Assembly (NCBI GenBank): GCA_963729715.1
Contig: CAVSPA010000004.1
Location: 448,001-512,000, forward strand
Direction: 5' to 3'
DNA from: an uncultured delta proteobacterium
GTDB lineage: Bacteria > Desulfobacterota > Syntrophia > Syntrophales > UBA2185
Length of the DNA stretch: 64,000 nt
Shown here: positions 53,092 to 63,941 of the stretch, piece after piece
Position numbering within the stretch: position 1 is the stretch's first letter
Layout of the letters: each line of letters begins with the position of its first letter
Program-made: the position numbers and the translations under genes
The notes under the pieces: generated by a model
What the model was told of the DNA's origin: nothing
Seen by the model: only the letters and a program-made list of their open reading frames with translations
Database searches by the model: none

Positions 53092-54555
53092 TCAGAAATA
53101 CTTTTTCCTCTTGGAAGAAGGCAGAACACCCATCATTTCTCTGTACTTCGCCACTGTTCTTCTCGCAATTTCTATACCTGATTTTTTTAGGAGATCGACG
53201 ATGTCGCTGTCACTGTATGGCTTCTTCGGATCTTCCGCACTCACGATCTTCTTTATCTCCTCTTTAACGCTCTTCGAGGCAACGGCATCACCGCTTGTCT
53301 TTTGTATTCTGCTGCTGAAGAAATATTTGAGTTCGAATATGCCTCTCGGCGTATGCATGTACTTATTCGTCACTACCCTGCTTATGGTTGACTCGTGCAT
53401 TTCCACATCATCGGCAATATCTCTCAGCACCAGAGGTTTTAGATAATTGATACCGTAATCGAAAAAATCCCTCTGCAATTTCAAGATGCTTTCCGTCACT
53501 TTGTATATTGTTCTTTGCCTCTGCTGTATGCTCTTGATGAGCCATGTAGCCGACTGCATCCTCTCTCTGATATATTTCCTGCTGCTTTCCACATCCGGAC
53601 ACGTGTTGCCGCTGCCCATAATCTCCTTGTAAAAGTTGCTGATCCTGAGCTTCGGCAGACCGTCATCATTAAGAATGATCTTGTATTCGTCCCCTGACTT
53701 CAATACATACACATCGGGCGTAATGGTATCTATCCTCTCTTCGGTATAAACGCTCCCGGGTTTCGGATCCATGCTGCTTATTATGCACACTGCCTGCAGG
53801 ACTTCCGACAGGGGGACCTTCAATTTTCTTGATATGTTGGTATAATTCTTTGTTTCCAAGTCCTTGAGATGCCCATTTATGATTAACTCAACGAGCGGCG
53901 TCAGCACACCCAGGATCCTGGCCTGAATCAGAAGACATTCCTTGATGTCCCTTGCTGCAATTCCGGGAGGATCAAATTCCTGAACATTCTTCAAGACGCC
54001 TTCAACGAAACTCTCCTCAACCCCTTCCTGTTTGGCAATCTCCTCTATGGACGCCACCAGATAGCCGTTATTGTCAAGATTACCGATTATCTGTTCCCCA
54101 ATCTTCATTTCCGCCTCGGTAACGCGGGAGAGCTTGAGTTGCCACATCAGATGATCCGTCAGAGAAGGCTTCACCATCAACATGTTATCCCATGACGGCG
54201 CTTCATCATCCTTGCGGTCATATCTTACACCTGTGGGACCGTAGTCCTCAAGATAGCTATTCCAGTCAAATTCTTCCTTGCCATCACCCTCCCCGGTAAT
54301 CTCCTCCGTACGCTCAACAGCTTTAATCTCTTCCCTGTCGGCTATCTCAACTGTATCGGATTCGGGAACGGTCGTCTCCTCCGGGTATTCTTCTGACGCT
54401 ACTTCTTCGAGCAGCGGGTTCTCTTCCATCTCCTGGGTGATTAAATCAGTCAGCTCCAGCCTCGAGAGTTGCAAGAGTTTTATTGCCTGCTGCAACTGAG
54501 GCGTCATGACGAGCTGTTGGCTCAATTTCAAATTCTGTTTTAGTTCAAATGCCAT
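53092..54555 (-). CDS. rpoN: RNA polymerase sigma-54
   Basis: MTPQLQQAIKLLQ, HESTISR, ARRTVAKYR. Confidence 0.98.
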   Translation of the reverse strand: MAFELKQNLKLSQQLVMTPQLQQAIKLLQLSRLELTDLITQEMEENPLLEEVASEEYPEETTVPESDTVEIADREEIKAVERTEEITGEGDGKEEFDWNSYLEDYGPTGVRYDRKDDEAPSWDNMLMVKPSLTDHLMWQLKLSRVTEAEMKIGEQIIGNLDNNGYLVASIEEIAKQEGVEESFVEGVLKNVQEFDPPGIAARDIKECLLIQARILGVLTPLVELIINGHLKDLETKNYTNISRKLKVPLSEVLQAVCIISSMDPKPGSVYTEERIDTITPDVYVLKSGDEYKIILNDDGLPKLRISNFYKEIMGSGNTCPDVESSRKYIRERMQSATWLIKSIQQRQRTIYKVTESILKLQRDFFDYGINYLKPLVLRDIADDVEMHESTISRVVTNKYMHTPRGIFELKYFFSSRIQKTSGDAVASKSVKEEIKKIVSAEDPKKPYSDSDIVDLLKKSGIEIARRTVAKYREMMGVLPSSKRKKYF

Positions 54556-54595
54556 TTTTCCGTGCGTCTGACCAATGCTGTCTCATATCCACCGT

Positions 54596-55318
54596 TCAGA
54601 GATAAAAATCTTCTCCCAGGTAAATCTTTCTCGCAATTTCACAGTTGGCTATGGTGTCAGGATCCCCTTCAACCATAATTGCCCCTTCATTGACTATATA
54701 GGCCCTGTCACAGACAGAAAGCGTTTCTCTCACATTATGATCGGACACGACAACGCCGATTCCTTTAGATTTCAGTTTGGATATGATTCTCTGTATGTCT
54801 TGAACTGCAATAGGATCGATCCCCGCGAAAGGCTCATCGAGCAGAATGTACTTGGGAGACGTGACCAAGGCTCTGGTAATCTCGACACGCCGCCTCTCCC
54901 CGCCCGATAAGGAATATGCGCGCGCTTCCGACAGGTGTGAAATGTCAAGCTCTCCGAGCAGTTCTTTCAGCCGCTTGTCTCTCTCATCCTTATCTATATC
55001 CAGCGTCTCGAGAATTGCCATGATGTTCTCCGCCACGGAGAGCTTTCTGAATATGGACGGCTCCTGTGGCAGGTAGTTCAATCCTTTTCGCGCCCGGATA
55101 TACATGGGGCATTTACTTATATCTTCTCCATTTAAAAAAATACTCCCCTCGTCGGGCCATATCAAACCCACTATCATATAAAAGGTTGTGGTCTTGCCTG
55201 CGCCATTGGGACCCAAAAGGCCTACCACTTCTCCGGGGCTGATTTCCAGATCAATCTTATTTACTACAACCCTTTTGCCATAGATTTTTACCAACCCTTT
55301 TGCCGATAATGTTTCCAT
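54596..55318 (-). CDS. lptB: LPS export ABC ATPase
   Basis: GPNGAGKTT, LSGGERRR, LLDEPFAG.DP, YLGEDF. Confidence 0.96.
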   Translation of the reverse strand: METLSAKGLVKIYGKRVVVNKIDLEISPGEVVGLLGPNGAGKTTTFYMIVGLIWPDEGSIFLNGEDISKCPMYIRARKGLNYLPQEPSIFRKLSVAENIMAILETLDIDKDERDKRLKELLGELDISHLSEARAYSLSGGERRRVEITRALVTSPKYILLDEPFAGIDPIAVQDIQRIISKLKSKGIGVVVSDHNVRETLSVCDRAYIVNEGAIMVEGDPDTIANCEIARKIYLGEDFYL

Positions 55319-55402
55319 TAATTCAAAATATCCATACATTTAAATTTGCGCATTTACAATTGTACTGCAAACGAACATTGAAGAATATCTCAAACACGCT
55401 AT

Positions 55403-55975
55403 TCATTTCTTTTTATCTTTGTTGTCCTCAGGATATATGGTTGCCCGGACTCTGCTTTTTTCAACGCTTTCGACGACACCTCTGTCTTCATCAAGAAATA
55501 CTACGATCCTGTCACCGTTGATGACGTTTCTTCCTTCCCGCATCACTGCATTGCCCAGCATAATGATTTTTTGCGCATCCTGGTAGTATACTGCGTCATT
55601 TCCGGTTACAATCCTTTCACCCTGTGTTATCGTGACATTACCTTTAGCCTCAATCTTCTCCAAATCACCGGCGCTGCCAATATTCTCAGTGCCTGTCTTT
55701 TCCGGCACCTGCGGATGTGGATCCTTTTTGTAATACAAGAAGAGACGATCCGCCTTTATAATCTTGTCACCCTGGGTTGCAACCGCGTGGCCTGAAAATA
55801 CTACAAGTTTCTTTTCGTTGTAGGCGTCCAGACGGTCAGAAACAATATCTATGGGCTGATCCTTGTCGAACTTGACTTTCTTCTTCGTATCGGTATCCTT
55901 AGCGCCCAAACATGCCACGCTGAAAAAGACCATTATCAAAAAGATTATTATCTTGTTTCTCATAATCATATACAA
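55403..55975 (-). CDS. lptA: LPS transport periplasmic protein
   Basis: Signal peptide, PIDIVSD, OstA-like beta-jellyroll; synteny. Confidence 0.88.
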   Translation of the reverse strand: MYMIMRNKIIIFLIMVFFSVACLGAKDTDTKKKVKFDKDQPIDIVSDRLDAYNEKKLVVFSGHAVATQGDKIIKADRLFLYYKKDPHPQVPEKTGTENIGSAGDLEKIEAKGNVTITQGERIVTGNDAVYYQDAQKIIMLGNAVMREGRNVINGDRIVVFLDEDRGVVESVEKSRVRATIYPEDNKDKKK

Positions 55976-56038
55976 AGCAGCCTATGGGAATTTCGTATCC
56001 CAAGGACAGAGTTCATGCAGAGAGTCCTTCCGGACATA

Positions 56039-56590
56039 TCACTTTATATTGGCTTTCACCTTCGATAACAATGCTACATCTTTATCTTCCAGCGAGAAGG
56101 ACATCCCGACCCCTTTCACCTGCATGCGGGAGTTTTCCATTTTAACGGCGGAGTCTGTATATATCCGCTGCTCCGAGCCCGAATATCTGAGGATATCAGT
56201 AGTCAGGCGATCTCCCTTATCTGAAATAATTTCCACATTTCCGGAAACTTCCATGTCCTTAGTCTCCGTGTTTGACTTGCCTTTATCGCCCGTCATAACG
56301 AGGGTCCTCCCGTCAGACATGACAAGCTTCACCCTGATTCGATCGAAGAGGACAAGATTCTCGCTCTTGACATACTTTGCACTATCCGCATTGACCTCCC
56401 ATTTCATGCCTGAAGCGCCGACATCCGTATAGTGGACATTCTTGACCTGGAGATCAATTTTGTCCGACACAATATTAAGTATCTGGTTTTTGGAAGACTT
56501 GCTGCTCTCAAAGAGTAGGATGACAGTTGCCCCTCCGACAATTGCGACGATCAGAACGATGGTAACAATATTTCTTCTTTTAAATTTCAT
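56039..56590 (-). CDS. lptC: LPS export protein
   Basis: Single N-terminal TM segment, W...A..A, beta-rich; synteny. Confidence 0.85.
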   Translation of the reverse strand: MKFKRRNIVTIVLIVAIVGGATVILLFESSKSSKNQILNIVSDKIDLQVKNVHYTDVGASGMKWEVNADSAKYVKSENLVLFDRIRVKLVMSDGRTLVMTGDKGKSNTETKDMEVSGNVEIISDKGDRLTTDILRYSGSEQRIYTDSAVKMENSRMQVKGVGMSFSLEDKDVALLSKVKANIK

Positions 56591-56818
56591 AAAACTTCGT
56601 CTTGGGGGGATGAGCAATTTTCATTTCCGCTGTAAATTACAAACTCTGAAAATAAACCGCTCCCCAAGACCGGTTCGATTTATATCATCCGTTTCCATAT
56701 ATGTAAAGATCAAAGGCAAACACGGGTGCCCGCCATGTAGGTACGACAGCTTAACTTGCGCCCTACCCGGACAATGGCACCGCGGTCGTTTCTGCGATCA
56801 TCATCAATTTTTCATTCT

Positions 56819-57376
56819 TCACAAGAACTCATACCTCTTTGCCACATCGGTCCATTCACCCTTAGCCTTCAGGATTAGTTCACATAACTCTCTTACGGCG
56901 CCGCGGCCGCCTTTATTTATTGTGACATAATCAACGCATTTCTTCACATCGGGAACTGCATCCGCTACGGCGGCGGAAAATCCGGCCCTTTTCAACATGG
57001 GGATATCAACTATATCGTCTCCCACAAAAGCCATATGTTCATAATTAAGAGAACGATTACGGAGTATGGTATCGGCGATTTCGAGTTTGTTATGAACGCC
57101 TTGGTGGACCTCGCCGATGCCGAGGTCTCTGGCGCGATGTTCAACCACGGCGGACCTCCTTCCCGTCACGAGTATAACATCGATGCCGTATCTCATCAGG
57201 ACCTTGATGCCGTGTCCGTCTTTCACGTCAAAATTTTTTGCCTCACGCCCCTCATAATCCATGATTATGCGTCCATCCGTCATGACTCCGTCAACATCGA
57301 GTACCAGAAGACGGATCTGTCTGATCTTCGCCACCAATCTCTCGTCAAGAAACTCGCTTCCCACGTCTCTCCCCAT
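56819..57376 (-). CDS. kdsC: KDO 8-phosphate phosphatase
   Basis: LDVDGVMTDG, DGHG, GDDIVD, GGRGAVRE. Confidence 0.95.
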   Translation of the reverse strand: MGRDVGSEFLDERLVAKIRQIRLLVLDVDGVMTDGRIIMDYEGREAKNFDVKDGHGIKVLMRYGIDVILVTGRRSAVVEHRARDLGIGEVHQGVHNKLEIADTILRNRSLNYEHMAFVGDDIVDIPMLKRAGFSAAVADAVPDVKKCVDYVTINKGGRGAVRELCELILKAKGEWTDVAKRYEFL

Positions 57377-57379
57377 TTC

Positions 57380-58219
57380 TTATTTTTTGTCGGCCTTCAT
57401 CTTTTTGACTGTGTCATCGATCTCCATAAGTGTAGAAAGGAGATCATAAAGTGAATCGAGGCGCACCGAATTCGGACCGTCGCATTTGGCGACTTCCGGG
57501 TCACGATGCACTTCCAAAAAGATGCCGTCCACTCCGACGGCAACGGCTGCTCGCGCAAGGTGGGGAACCATATCATTCTGACCGCCGGAAGCAGTGCCCA
57601 TTCCGCCGGGAAGCTGCACGCTGTGTGTGGCATCGAATATCACAGGATAACCCATCTCTCTCATCAGGGGGAGTGACCGAAAATCAACGACAAGATTGTT
57701 ATACCCGAAGGTTGCCCCTCTCTCCGTGACCATTATGTTTTCGTTCCCCGTTGAAGATACCTTAGAAAGTATATTCTTAACATCCCACGGAGCAAGAAAC
57801 TGGCCCTTCTTGATATTGACGACCTTGGCTTTTTTCGCAACCTCGATTACGAAGTCTGTCTGCCGGCAGAGAAAAGCTGGCACCTGCATCACATCAAGTA
57901 CCTCTGAAGCAGGTTCGATTTCCTCAAAACGATGCACATCCGAGAGAATCTTAATGCCTAAATCCTTCCTTATGCCGGATAATATCCGCAGTCCTTTTGC
58001 CATACCAGGACCTCTAAAGGAATTCATGGATGTCCGGTTCGCCTTGTCGTACGACGCTTTAAATATGAAAGGTAATTTCAACCGGCCGGTGATGTCTTTG
58101 AGAAAAATTGCCGTTTCTCTCGCTGTCTCTTCGTCCTCTATGACACATGGACCGACGATGAGAATGAAGGGGGCCCCGCCCCCAATGACCATATCATTTA
58201 GGATAATCTGCGTCATCAC
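57380..58219 (-). CDS. kdsA: KDO 8-phosphate synthase
   Basis: GPCVIE, KANRTS, PAFLCRQTD, DATHSVQ. Confidence 0.97.
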   Translation of the reverse strand: MMTQIILNDMVIGGGAPFILIVGPCVIEDEETARETAIFLKDITGRLKLPFIFKASYDKANRTSMNSFRGPGMAKGLRILSGIRKDLGIKILSDVHRFEEIEPASEVLDVMQVPAFLCRQTDFVIEVAKKAKVVNIKKGQFLAPWDVKNILSKVSSTGNENIMVTERGATFGYNNLVVDFRSLPLMREMGYPVIFDATHSVQLPGGMGTASGGQNDMVPHLARAAVAVGVDGIFLEVHRDPEVAKCDGPNSVRLDSLYDLLSTLMEIDDTVKKMKADKK

Positions 58220-58301
58220 ACTCTACCTCTTCAAGTTGCCAACAAACTCAATCATGCGCCAACACCCCATGGTGTTCCTCCCATCTCAACTATGCCGCGG
58301 T

Positions 58302-60323
58302 CTATGATTCACGATGCTTCTGCTGCAACATCTTAATCTTCAAGGCAGGGATCTTCTTGGCAGCCACGTTCGAATCAGGATTGAGCTCATAGGCATGCGT
58401 GTATGCCTTGAGGGCATCCTGATACATCCCCTTTTTTTCATATGCCTTCCCCATGCTGAGATAGACGTCATCATCCTCAGCATCATACCTCAATGAAGTC
58501 TTATAGTATTCAATTTCCTTGTCTATATCGCTCTTAAGACCGTAGACATAACCAAGTCCCGAGTAAGCTACCGCCCTTTTGGAATTGATGGTTATCATTT
58601 TCTTATAGATTTTGATTGCATTTTCATACTGCTTTTCGTCCGTGTAATATTCCGCGAGAATATCCAAAACATCCATGTTCGGACGGGTCGCGGCCACGTA
58701 TTCATATTCGCGAATGGCTTCTTTCTTTCTGCCAAGCTTATCATATGTGTATGCAAGGTTATAATGAACCTGAGGATCTTTCATTCCATATTTGATCGCT
58801 TTTTCATAGTGCTCGGATGACGGTTTGTATTTCTTAAGTTCACCATAGGCAAAACCGAGATTGGCATGAATCGATGCCTTTCTCGGTGATGATTTCAGAA
58901 TTTTTTCATAAGCCCTGACTGCCTCACCGTAACGCTTATTCTTAAAATCGATGTCTGCAAGCTTGGTAGTCGCTTCAAGATCACCCGGGTTCATCTTGAG
59001 TACAGTTTTGTATTCACGCGAGGCATCCTGATCCTGATTTCTCTTTTCATAGGCGGAAGCAAGATTATAGTGAACTACAGGATCCTTCGGATTCAGAGAA
59101 ATGGCCTTCTTATAATTCTCTATTTCTTCCTTCCACTGTCCCTTGCCGCCGTGAGCAAGGCCAAGGTTTGCATACGCCGAGGCATTCCGCGGTTGTTTTG
59201 CAATAACCTCCTTATACAATCTTATGGATTCATCATAGTTTCCCGCCCTCAGGTAGGCGCCCGCTAAGGCAATCTTCACGTTTTCCGCTTCTCGTGCCTT
59301 TGTCAGTACGATTTTGTATTGCTCAACCGCATCTTTTAAATTATTTGCCTTTTCATATGCCTCGCCGAGCCTGAAGCGTACCAGAGCGTCATCGGGGTTC
59401 ATCTGCAGCGACTCTTTATAATTGACGATGGCCTTTTCCCATACGCCCTTATTGCCGTAAGCATATCCAATGTTCGCAAAGGCGGACGCATCACGTGGAT
59501 TTATTCTAAGCAGTTTCATTCCGGTGCTGATTGCCTTATCATAATTCCCAGTTCTCACATAACACTTCACGAGCCCTGAGAGGGCGCTCACATCATCGGG
59601 CTTCAGTGCGAGAATGTCGTTATACTGAGAAATTGCCTTCTCGACAATACCCGCCTGCTCATAAATAGCCGCCAGCATCTTGCGAACGCCGACGTCATTT
59701 TTATTCATGTCTATGGCCCGTCTCAGATACTCAATTTGAGCCCGCTGATTCTCCGAATTCTTGGCGTACCTCAACCAATCCTGCGGCATAATTACAACGT
59801 TCAAGGGCACGGAGGCGATGACGTCCCCGTTGTATTTCACTTCTATGCCGCCCGCATCGACTGCTGCATCACGCGCGCCCTTACTGCGGGTCATGACAAC
59901 TTTGTCGACCAGATCGACGCCTCGCAGCATCACCCGGTAGTGATCCTCTCCACCGAGCCCATCGACGTGCACCGTCACCCCGCGACCAGAAAATACGTCC
60001 GTGGCAATTTCTTTCACAACAAATTCATCACGATAAGAAATATCGAACACGTCACCCTTCCTCAACCTGTAGTCTTTCCCGTTCTTCTCCACATCCAGAT
60101 AATAAAACCCTGGTTTCCCTCCCAGAAAAACAAAGGAAAAAGTGTTCTTCAATCTCATAAGACTTACGGGAGACTTGTCCATTCTCTCAGGAAATGCATA
60201 GTTGGCGATTATCCAGACAAGAATGACCACGGCAGCAGCGGAACCGGCAACTCCTGCAATGCGCAGGCCTCTGCCGGGCCTCCTGAGATTTTCCCATTTT
60301 TTTTTGATAAAGCTGGACTCCAT
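58302..60323 (-). CDS. Membrane-anchored tetratricopeptide-repeat protein
   Basis: N-terminal TM segment, then many ~34-aa TPR units (A..NLG.AY...G...A...Y). Confidence 0.9.
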   Translation of the reverse strand: MESSFIKKKWENLRRPGRGLRIAGVAGSAAAVVILVWIIANYAFPERMDKSPVSLMRLKNTFSFVFLGGKPGFYYLDVEKNGKDYRLRKGDVFDISYRDEFVVKEIATDVFSGRGVTVHVDGLGGEDHYRVMLRGVDLVDKVVMTRSKGARDAAVDAGGIEVKYNGDVIASVPLNVVIMPQDWLRYAKNSENQRAQIEYLRRAIDMNKNDVGVRKMLAAIYEQAGIVEKAISQYNDILALKPDDVSALSGLVKCYVRTGNYDKAISTGMKLLRINPRDASAFANIGYAYGNKGVWEKAIVNYKESLQMNPDDALVRFRLGEAYEKANNLKDAVEQYKIVLTKAREAENVKIALAGAYLRAGNYDESIRLYKEVIAKQPRNASAYANLGLAHGGKGQWKEEIENYKKAISLNPKDPVVHYNLASAYEKRNQDQDASREYKTVLKMNPGDLEATTKLADIDFKNKRYGEAVRAYEKILKSSPRKASIHANLGFAYGELKKYKPSSEHYEKAIKYGMKDPQVHYNLAYTYDKLGRKKEAIREYEYVAATRPNMDVLDILAEYYTDEKQYENAIKIYKKMITINSKRAVAYSGLGYVYGLKSDIDKEIEYYKTSLRYDAEDDDVYLSMGKAYEKKGMYQDALKAYTHAYELNPDSNVAAKKIPALKIKMLQQKHRES

Positions 60324-60348
60324 TTTCCGCTCTTTGACTTTCTTTATG

Positions 60349-61236
60349 TTAACCTCTCGGGTGGTATCTCTTATGGATATGCTTCAGCCGCTCGCGAGTA
60401 ATGTGCGTGTAGATCTGCGTAGTAGCTATGTCCGCGTGCCCGAGCATGATCTGAACGGAGCGGAGATCTGCCCCTCCTTCCAGCAGATGGGATGCAAAGG
60501 AATGCCTGAAGGTGTGCGGATGGACATTCTTGTTGAGACCCGCCCGAAGTACATACCGTCTTACGATTTTCCAGAAACCCTGACGTGTCAACCCCTCACC
60601 CGATCTATTCAGAAAGAGGATGTTGGTTCTTTGGTCCTTCATAAATTTCTGTCTTCCGTGATCTACATATTCAGAAAGACAGTTATAAGCGGATCTCCCG
60701 ATCGGAACGATACGTTCTTTGCCGCCTTTTCCCATAACCACCAGGTATCCAACCTGCCAGTTAATGCTGTTCATGGTCAAGGTAATTATTTCTGATACGC
60801 GAATCCCCGTTGCGTACATGAGTTCCAGCATGGCTGTGTCCCTTACGGCCGCAGGATTCCTTGCACCCGGCTGAGCCAGAAGCAGATTCATTTCCTCCTT
60901 GCTAAGCGTATCGGGAAGTCGCGCCCAAACCTTTGCGAGTCCTATATTGACTACAGGATTTGTATTGATTTTTTTCTCGCGGAGGAGAAACTTAAAAAAA
61001 CCTCTGACAGCCGCGAGGCCTCTGTTCACGGACCTCACATTAAGTCCGTCCTTCCTAACCTGTTCCAGATATGAGATGATCTCATCCGGGGTAACATCTG
61101 CGGCATTTTGAATCCCACGACTTTGCACGAGGCCGATAAATCTATTCAAATCGTGGCTGTAGGCCTCTATGGTGAGCCGCGAGACCCCTTTTTCAACTGC
61201 GAGAAAATTCAAATACTCATCAATCAAATCATTCAC
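60349..61236 (-). CDS. xerD: Tyrosine recombinase XerD
   Basis: LMYATGIRVSE, GKGGKERIVP, HTFRHSFASHLL.GGADLR, TTQIYTH, HPRG; likely GTG start at 61236. Confidence 0.93.
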   Translation of the reverse strand: MNDLIDEYLNFLAVEKGVSRLTIEAYSHDLNRFIGLVQSRGIQNAADVTPDEIISYLEQVRKDGLNVRSVNRGLAAVRGFFKFLLREKKINTNPVVNIGLAKVWARLPDTLSKEEMNLLLAQPGARNPAAVRDTAMLELMYATGIRVSEIITLTMNSINWQVGYLVVMGKGGKERIVPIGRSAYNCLSEYVDHGRQKFMKDQRTNILFLNRSGEGLTRQGFWKIVRRYVLRAGLNKNVHPHTFRHSFASHLLEGGADLRSVQIMLGHADIATTQIYTHITRERLKHIHKRYHPRG

Positions 61237-61344
61237 GGATATACCTTCCCACCTTAGCAAACCGGCGCATCGTCAAACTCTCTCTTCTTAAACCTCGTAC
61301 CAGCGGCTCTCGCTCCGGTTTCTCGCCAGCCGTGGCGAAATGAA

Positions 61345-61543
61345 AGTAAACTACCACCGACCTTGTCGGTGGCCTTCAAAATGCGGCAAGCCTACGGACA
61401 ATGTCCTTCGCCTTGCCTGATAAGGGTTGAAACGGCTATTCTAAAATATTGTTCACCAACATTGTTGGTTCACTTAAGGTGTGGGGCCTCCGCCCCCACA
61501 CCCCACCACTGACAATGTCAGTGGTTTTGACAGATAAATAAAT
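61345..61543. mobile_element. 199-bp palindromic dispersed repeat, copy 2
   Basis: Same orientation and length as 666-864, in unrelated flanks. Confidence 0.75.
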
Positions 61544-61700
61544 ATCATGCAGAAAAGTTTTACCCTTCTCTCAGACTCTCAGCGTATTTTTAACGTAAAT
61601 GATAAAAGGACGCAAAGATTTTTTGTCTGTCATGTTAAATCATGTTAATGATGAAACATGAAATGCGGGGATGTCGGACAACGAATGGGAAGGCAGAAGG

Positions 61701-63941
61701 TCACTTCGGCAGCTCATCCAGAATCTCTTTCATTTTCTCAATGTCGTATGGAATATCGACTGTCCGGCAGAATCCACTATCCTTTAGTGTCAGGGTGACG
61801 GGATCTTCCGCATAGCCGCATGAAATAACGGCTCTGACATGAGGATCTATGGCAAGCAGTTGCTGCAAGGTCTCCTTGCCTCCCATCCCGCCCGGTACAT
61901 CCAAGTCCAATATGACAGCGGAAAATGGACGGCCATCTTCTCTTGCTGCTCTGTAGAGATCAAGGGCTTCATTGCCGTCATTTGCATATTCAACATCATG
62001 GCCCAGATAGTTGAGAACGATGCCTGTTGCATTCCGCACCGCCTCTTCATGATCCATGACCAAGATCTTGCCCCTGCTGGCAACGATTTGCTCCGTAAGG
62101 CCTCTTTTTGAGGGGTCCTCCTGCGGAGAGGCGGGTAAATAGACGATAAATACGGATCCAAGATCGGGCTCAGATTCGACGCTGATAAATCCATCGTGTT
62201 TCTTTATAATGGAATAGCATATGGCGAGTCCTAGTCCCATGCCCCTTGCGCTTCCTGTCGGCTTCGTGGTGAAATAAGGGTCAAATATCTTTGGCAAATT
62301 CTCCTTCGAAATGCCGATTCCATGATCCCTTATCGACAACTTTACATAATCGCCTTCCTTCAGAGGCAGACCATTACTTGCCGATATATGCGCATTCTCC
62401 GCTTGGATTGTTATTATGCCTGCGTCGTGCATTGCTTCGCGGGCATTAATCAAAAGGTTGTGGATCACCTGCTGGATTTGAACATCATCCATTCTTACAG
62501 ACCACAGATTATCAGGCAGCGAGAATTCACAGATTACATTAGAACCGCTCAAAGACAGATCACCGGAATTCGTCAATAACTTCGAGATGGAACCAATTTT
62601 TTTTACAGGTTCTCCCCCTTTGGCGAAAGTGATCAACCGATGGGCCAATTGTCTTGCCTGGTGACCTACCTTCTCGGCTATTTCCAATCCCTCTTCCACA
62701 GCCTCCTGTTGGTCGTCGGCGAGAGACAATTTCGCAGCAAATATATTGCGCAATATGACAGATAATAGATTATTGAAATCATGGGCGATCCCACTGGCGA
62801 ATATCCCGAGAGATTCCAGCTTCTTAACACTTAACAATTCTTCTTCCGCTTTTTTATGTTCAGTGACATCCTCCAGTGTTTCTATGGCGCCAACAAGATT
62901 GCCATGGGAATCCCTGATTACCGCAGCAGTAAAGCGCAGCCACTTGCCCGTATCTCCCAGTTCCGGGAAAAAGTCCATGGCCTCATAAGCCTCATCTATC
63001 AGGCGGGATTTCGTATACTTGTCAAGATACCACCGGGGAATCGCCTCGAGCGCTTGATCAACCAACAAATCCGCCATACATGGTCTCTCTTCTTTGTAGA
63101 ATGCCCGCCATTGCCCCTTTGTGCTGATTATTTCGGGAGCCTTGATACCGCTCAGTTCCTCCAATGCCCTGTTCCAGTATATTACTCTGTGATCCATTCC
63201 TATCACAAAGGTCGGAAGCGGTGAACCATGAATAACTCTGTCGAGTCTTTGCTCACTCTCTTTCAGCCTGTCTTCCGCCAGTTTCCGCTCTGTGATATCT
63301 TCTGTCACACCGTCAATCCATTTTATTTCACCTTTATTGTCATACTGCACGGTGGCGGTGACAGAGGCCATTATCGGGGTGCCGTCCTTCTTGCGGAGAA
63401 CTATTTCCTCGTTTCTGACATAGCCCATTTTCTTTATCTTCTCAGTGAATCTTTTCCTCCCCTCCGGGTCCACGTATAAATCTGAAATGGACATAGCCAT
63501 GAACTCGCCGAGCGATTCATATCCGAATATCTTTAACATCGCCGGATTGACTTGCAGATAATGTCCCTTGGAATCGCCTGTACTTCTGTATACGCCAACA
63601 TTTACATTTTCTACTAATGTCCTGTATCTCTCTTCGCTCTCCCGCAGGGCATTTTCTGACCGCCGGATGCTGTAAAAGAGGGGGGCAATCAAGGCAACGC
63701 CTGCCAACATCAGTACGGATATGAAAACTCCAATCCAGTCGTTCAGCAGGCTGATGTCAGGGGTTATGGGGATGGTAAAAAAAGGCAAGATATCTATGAT
63801 GCGCCTTACGGCCATGAGGACAAGCCCCATCGCAACTAAAATCCATGCGGCCCGAGCTTCAGTTACGCGCATCAACCTCAGCGCCAAAATGGCTGCCGCC
63901 ACCTGCAGGAAAACGGAAATGAATAAAATATATTCGATCAT
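61701..63941 (-). CDS. Membrane hybrid sensor histidine kinase (TM, two PAS, HisKA/HATPase, receiver)
   Basis: GIAHDFNNLL, NAREAM, DHGIGI, FDPYFTTK, GLGLA, C-terminal REC domain. Confidence 0.93.
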   Translation of the reverse strand: MIEYILFISVFLQVAAAILALRLMRVTEARAAWILVAMGLVLMAVRRIIDILPFFTIPITPDISLLNDWIGVFISVLMLAGVALIAPLFYSIRRSENALRESEERYRTLVENVNVGVYRSTGDSKGHYLQVNPAMLKIFGYESLGEFMAMSISDLYVDPEGRKRFTEKIKKMGYVRNEEIVLRKKDGTPIMASVTATVQYDNKGEIKWIDGVTEDITERKLAEDRLKESEQRLDRVIHGSPLPTFVIGMDHRVIYWNRALEELSGIKAPEIISTKGQWRAFYKEERPCMADLLVDQALEAIPRWYLDKYTKSRLIDEAYEAMDFFPELGDTGKWLRFTAAVIRDSHGNLVGAIETLEDVTEHKKAEEELLSVKKLESLGIFASGIAHDFNNLLSVILRNIFAAKLSLADDQQEAVEEGLEIAEKVGHQARQLAHRLITFAKGGEPVKKIGSISKLLTNSGDLSLSGSNVICEFSLPDNLWSVRMDDVQIQQVIHNLLINAREAMHDAGIITIQAENAHISASNGLPLKEGDYVKLSIRDHGIGISKENLPKIFDPYFTTKPTGSARGMGLGLAICYSIIKKHDGFISVESEPDLGSVFIVYLPASPQEDPSKRGLTEQIVASRGKILVMDHEEAVRNATGIVLNYLGHDVEYANDGNEALDLYRAAREDGRPFSAVILDLDVPGGMGGKETLQQLLAIDPHVRAVISCGYAEDPVTLTLKDSGFCRTVDIPYDIEKMKEILDELPK

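Noticed and set aside
56710..56765. c-di-GMP-I-like AAAGGCAAAC...GACAGC
   Set aside because: Too short, lacks GACGCAAA and is antisense to the operon.
60349..61236. xerD as a mobile-element integrase
   Set aside because: Sequence has the housekeeping XerD signatures and sits in a core gene cluster.
61590..61630. c-di-GMP-I riboswitch (GGACGCAAAG)
   Set aside because: Lacks the upstream GGCAAA-GNRA stem and downstream P3, and has no co-oriented downstream gene.
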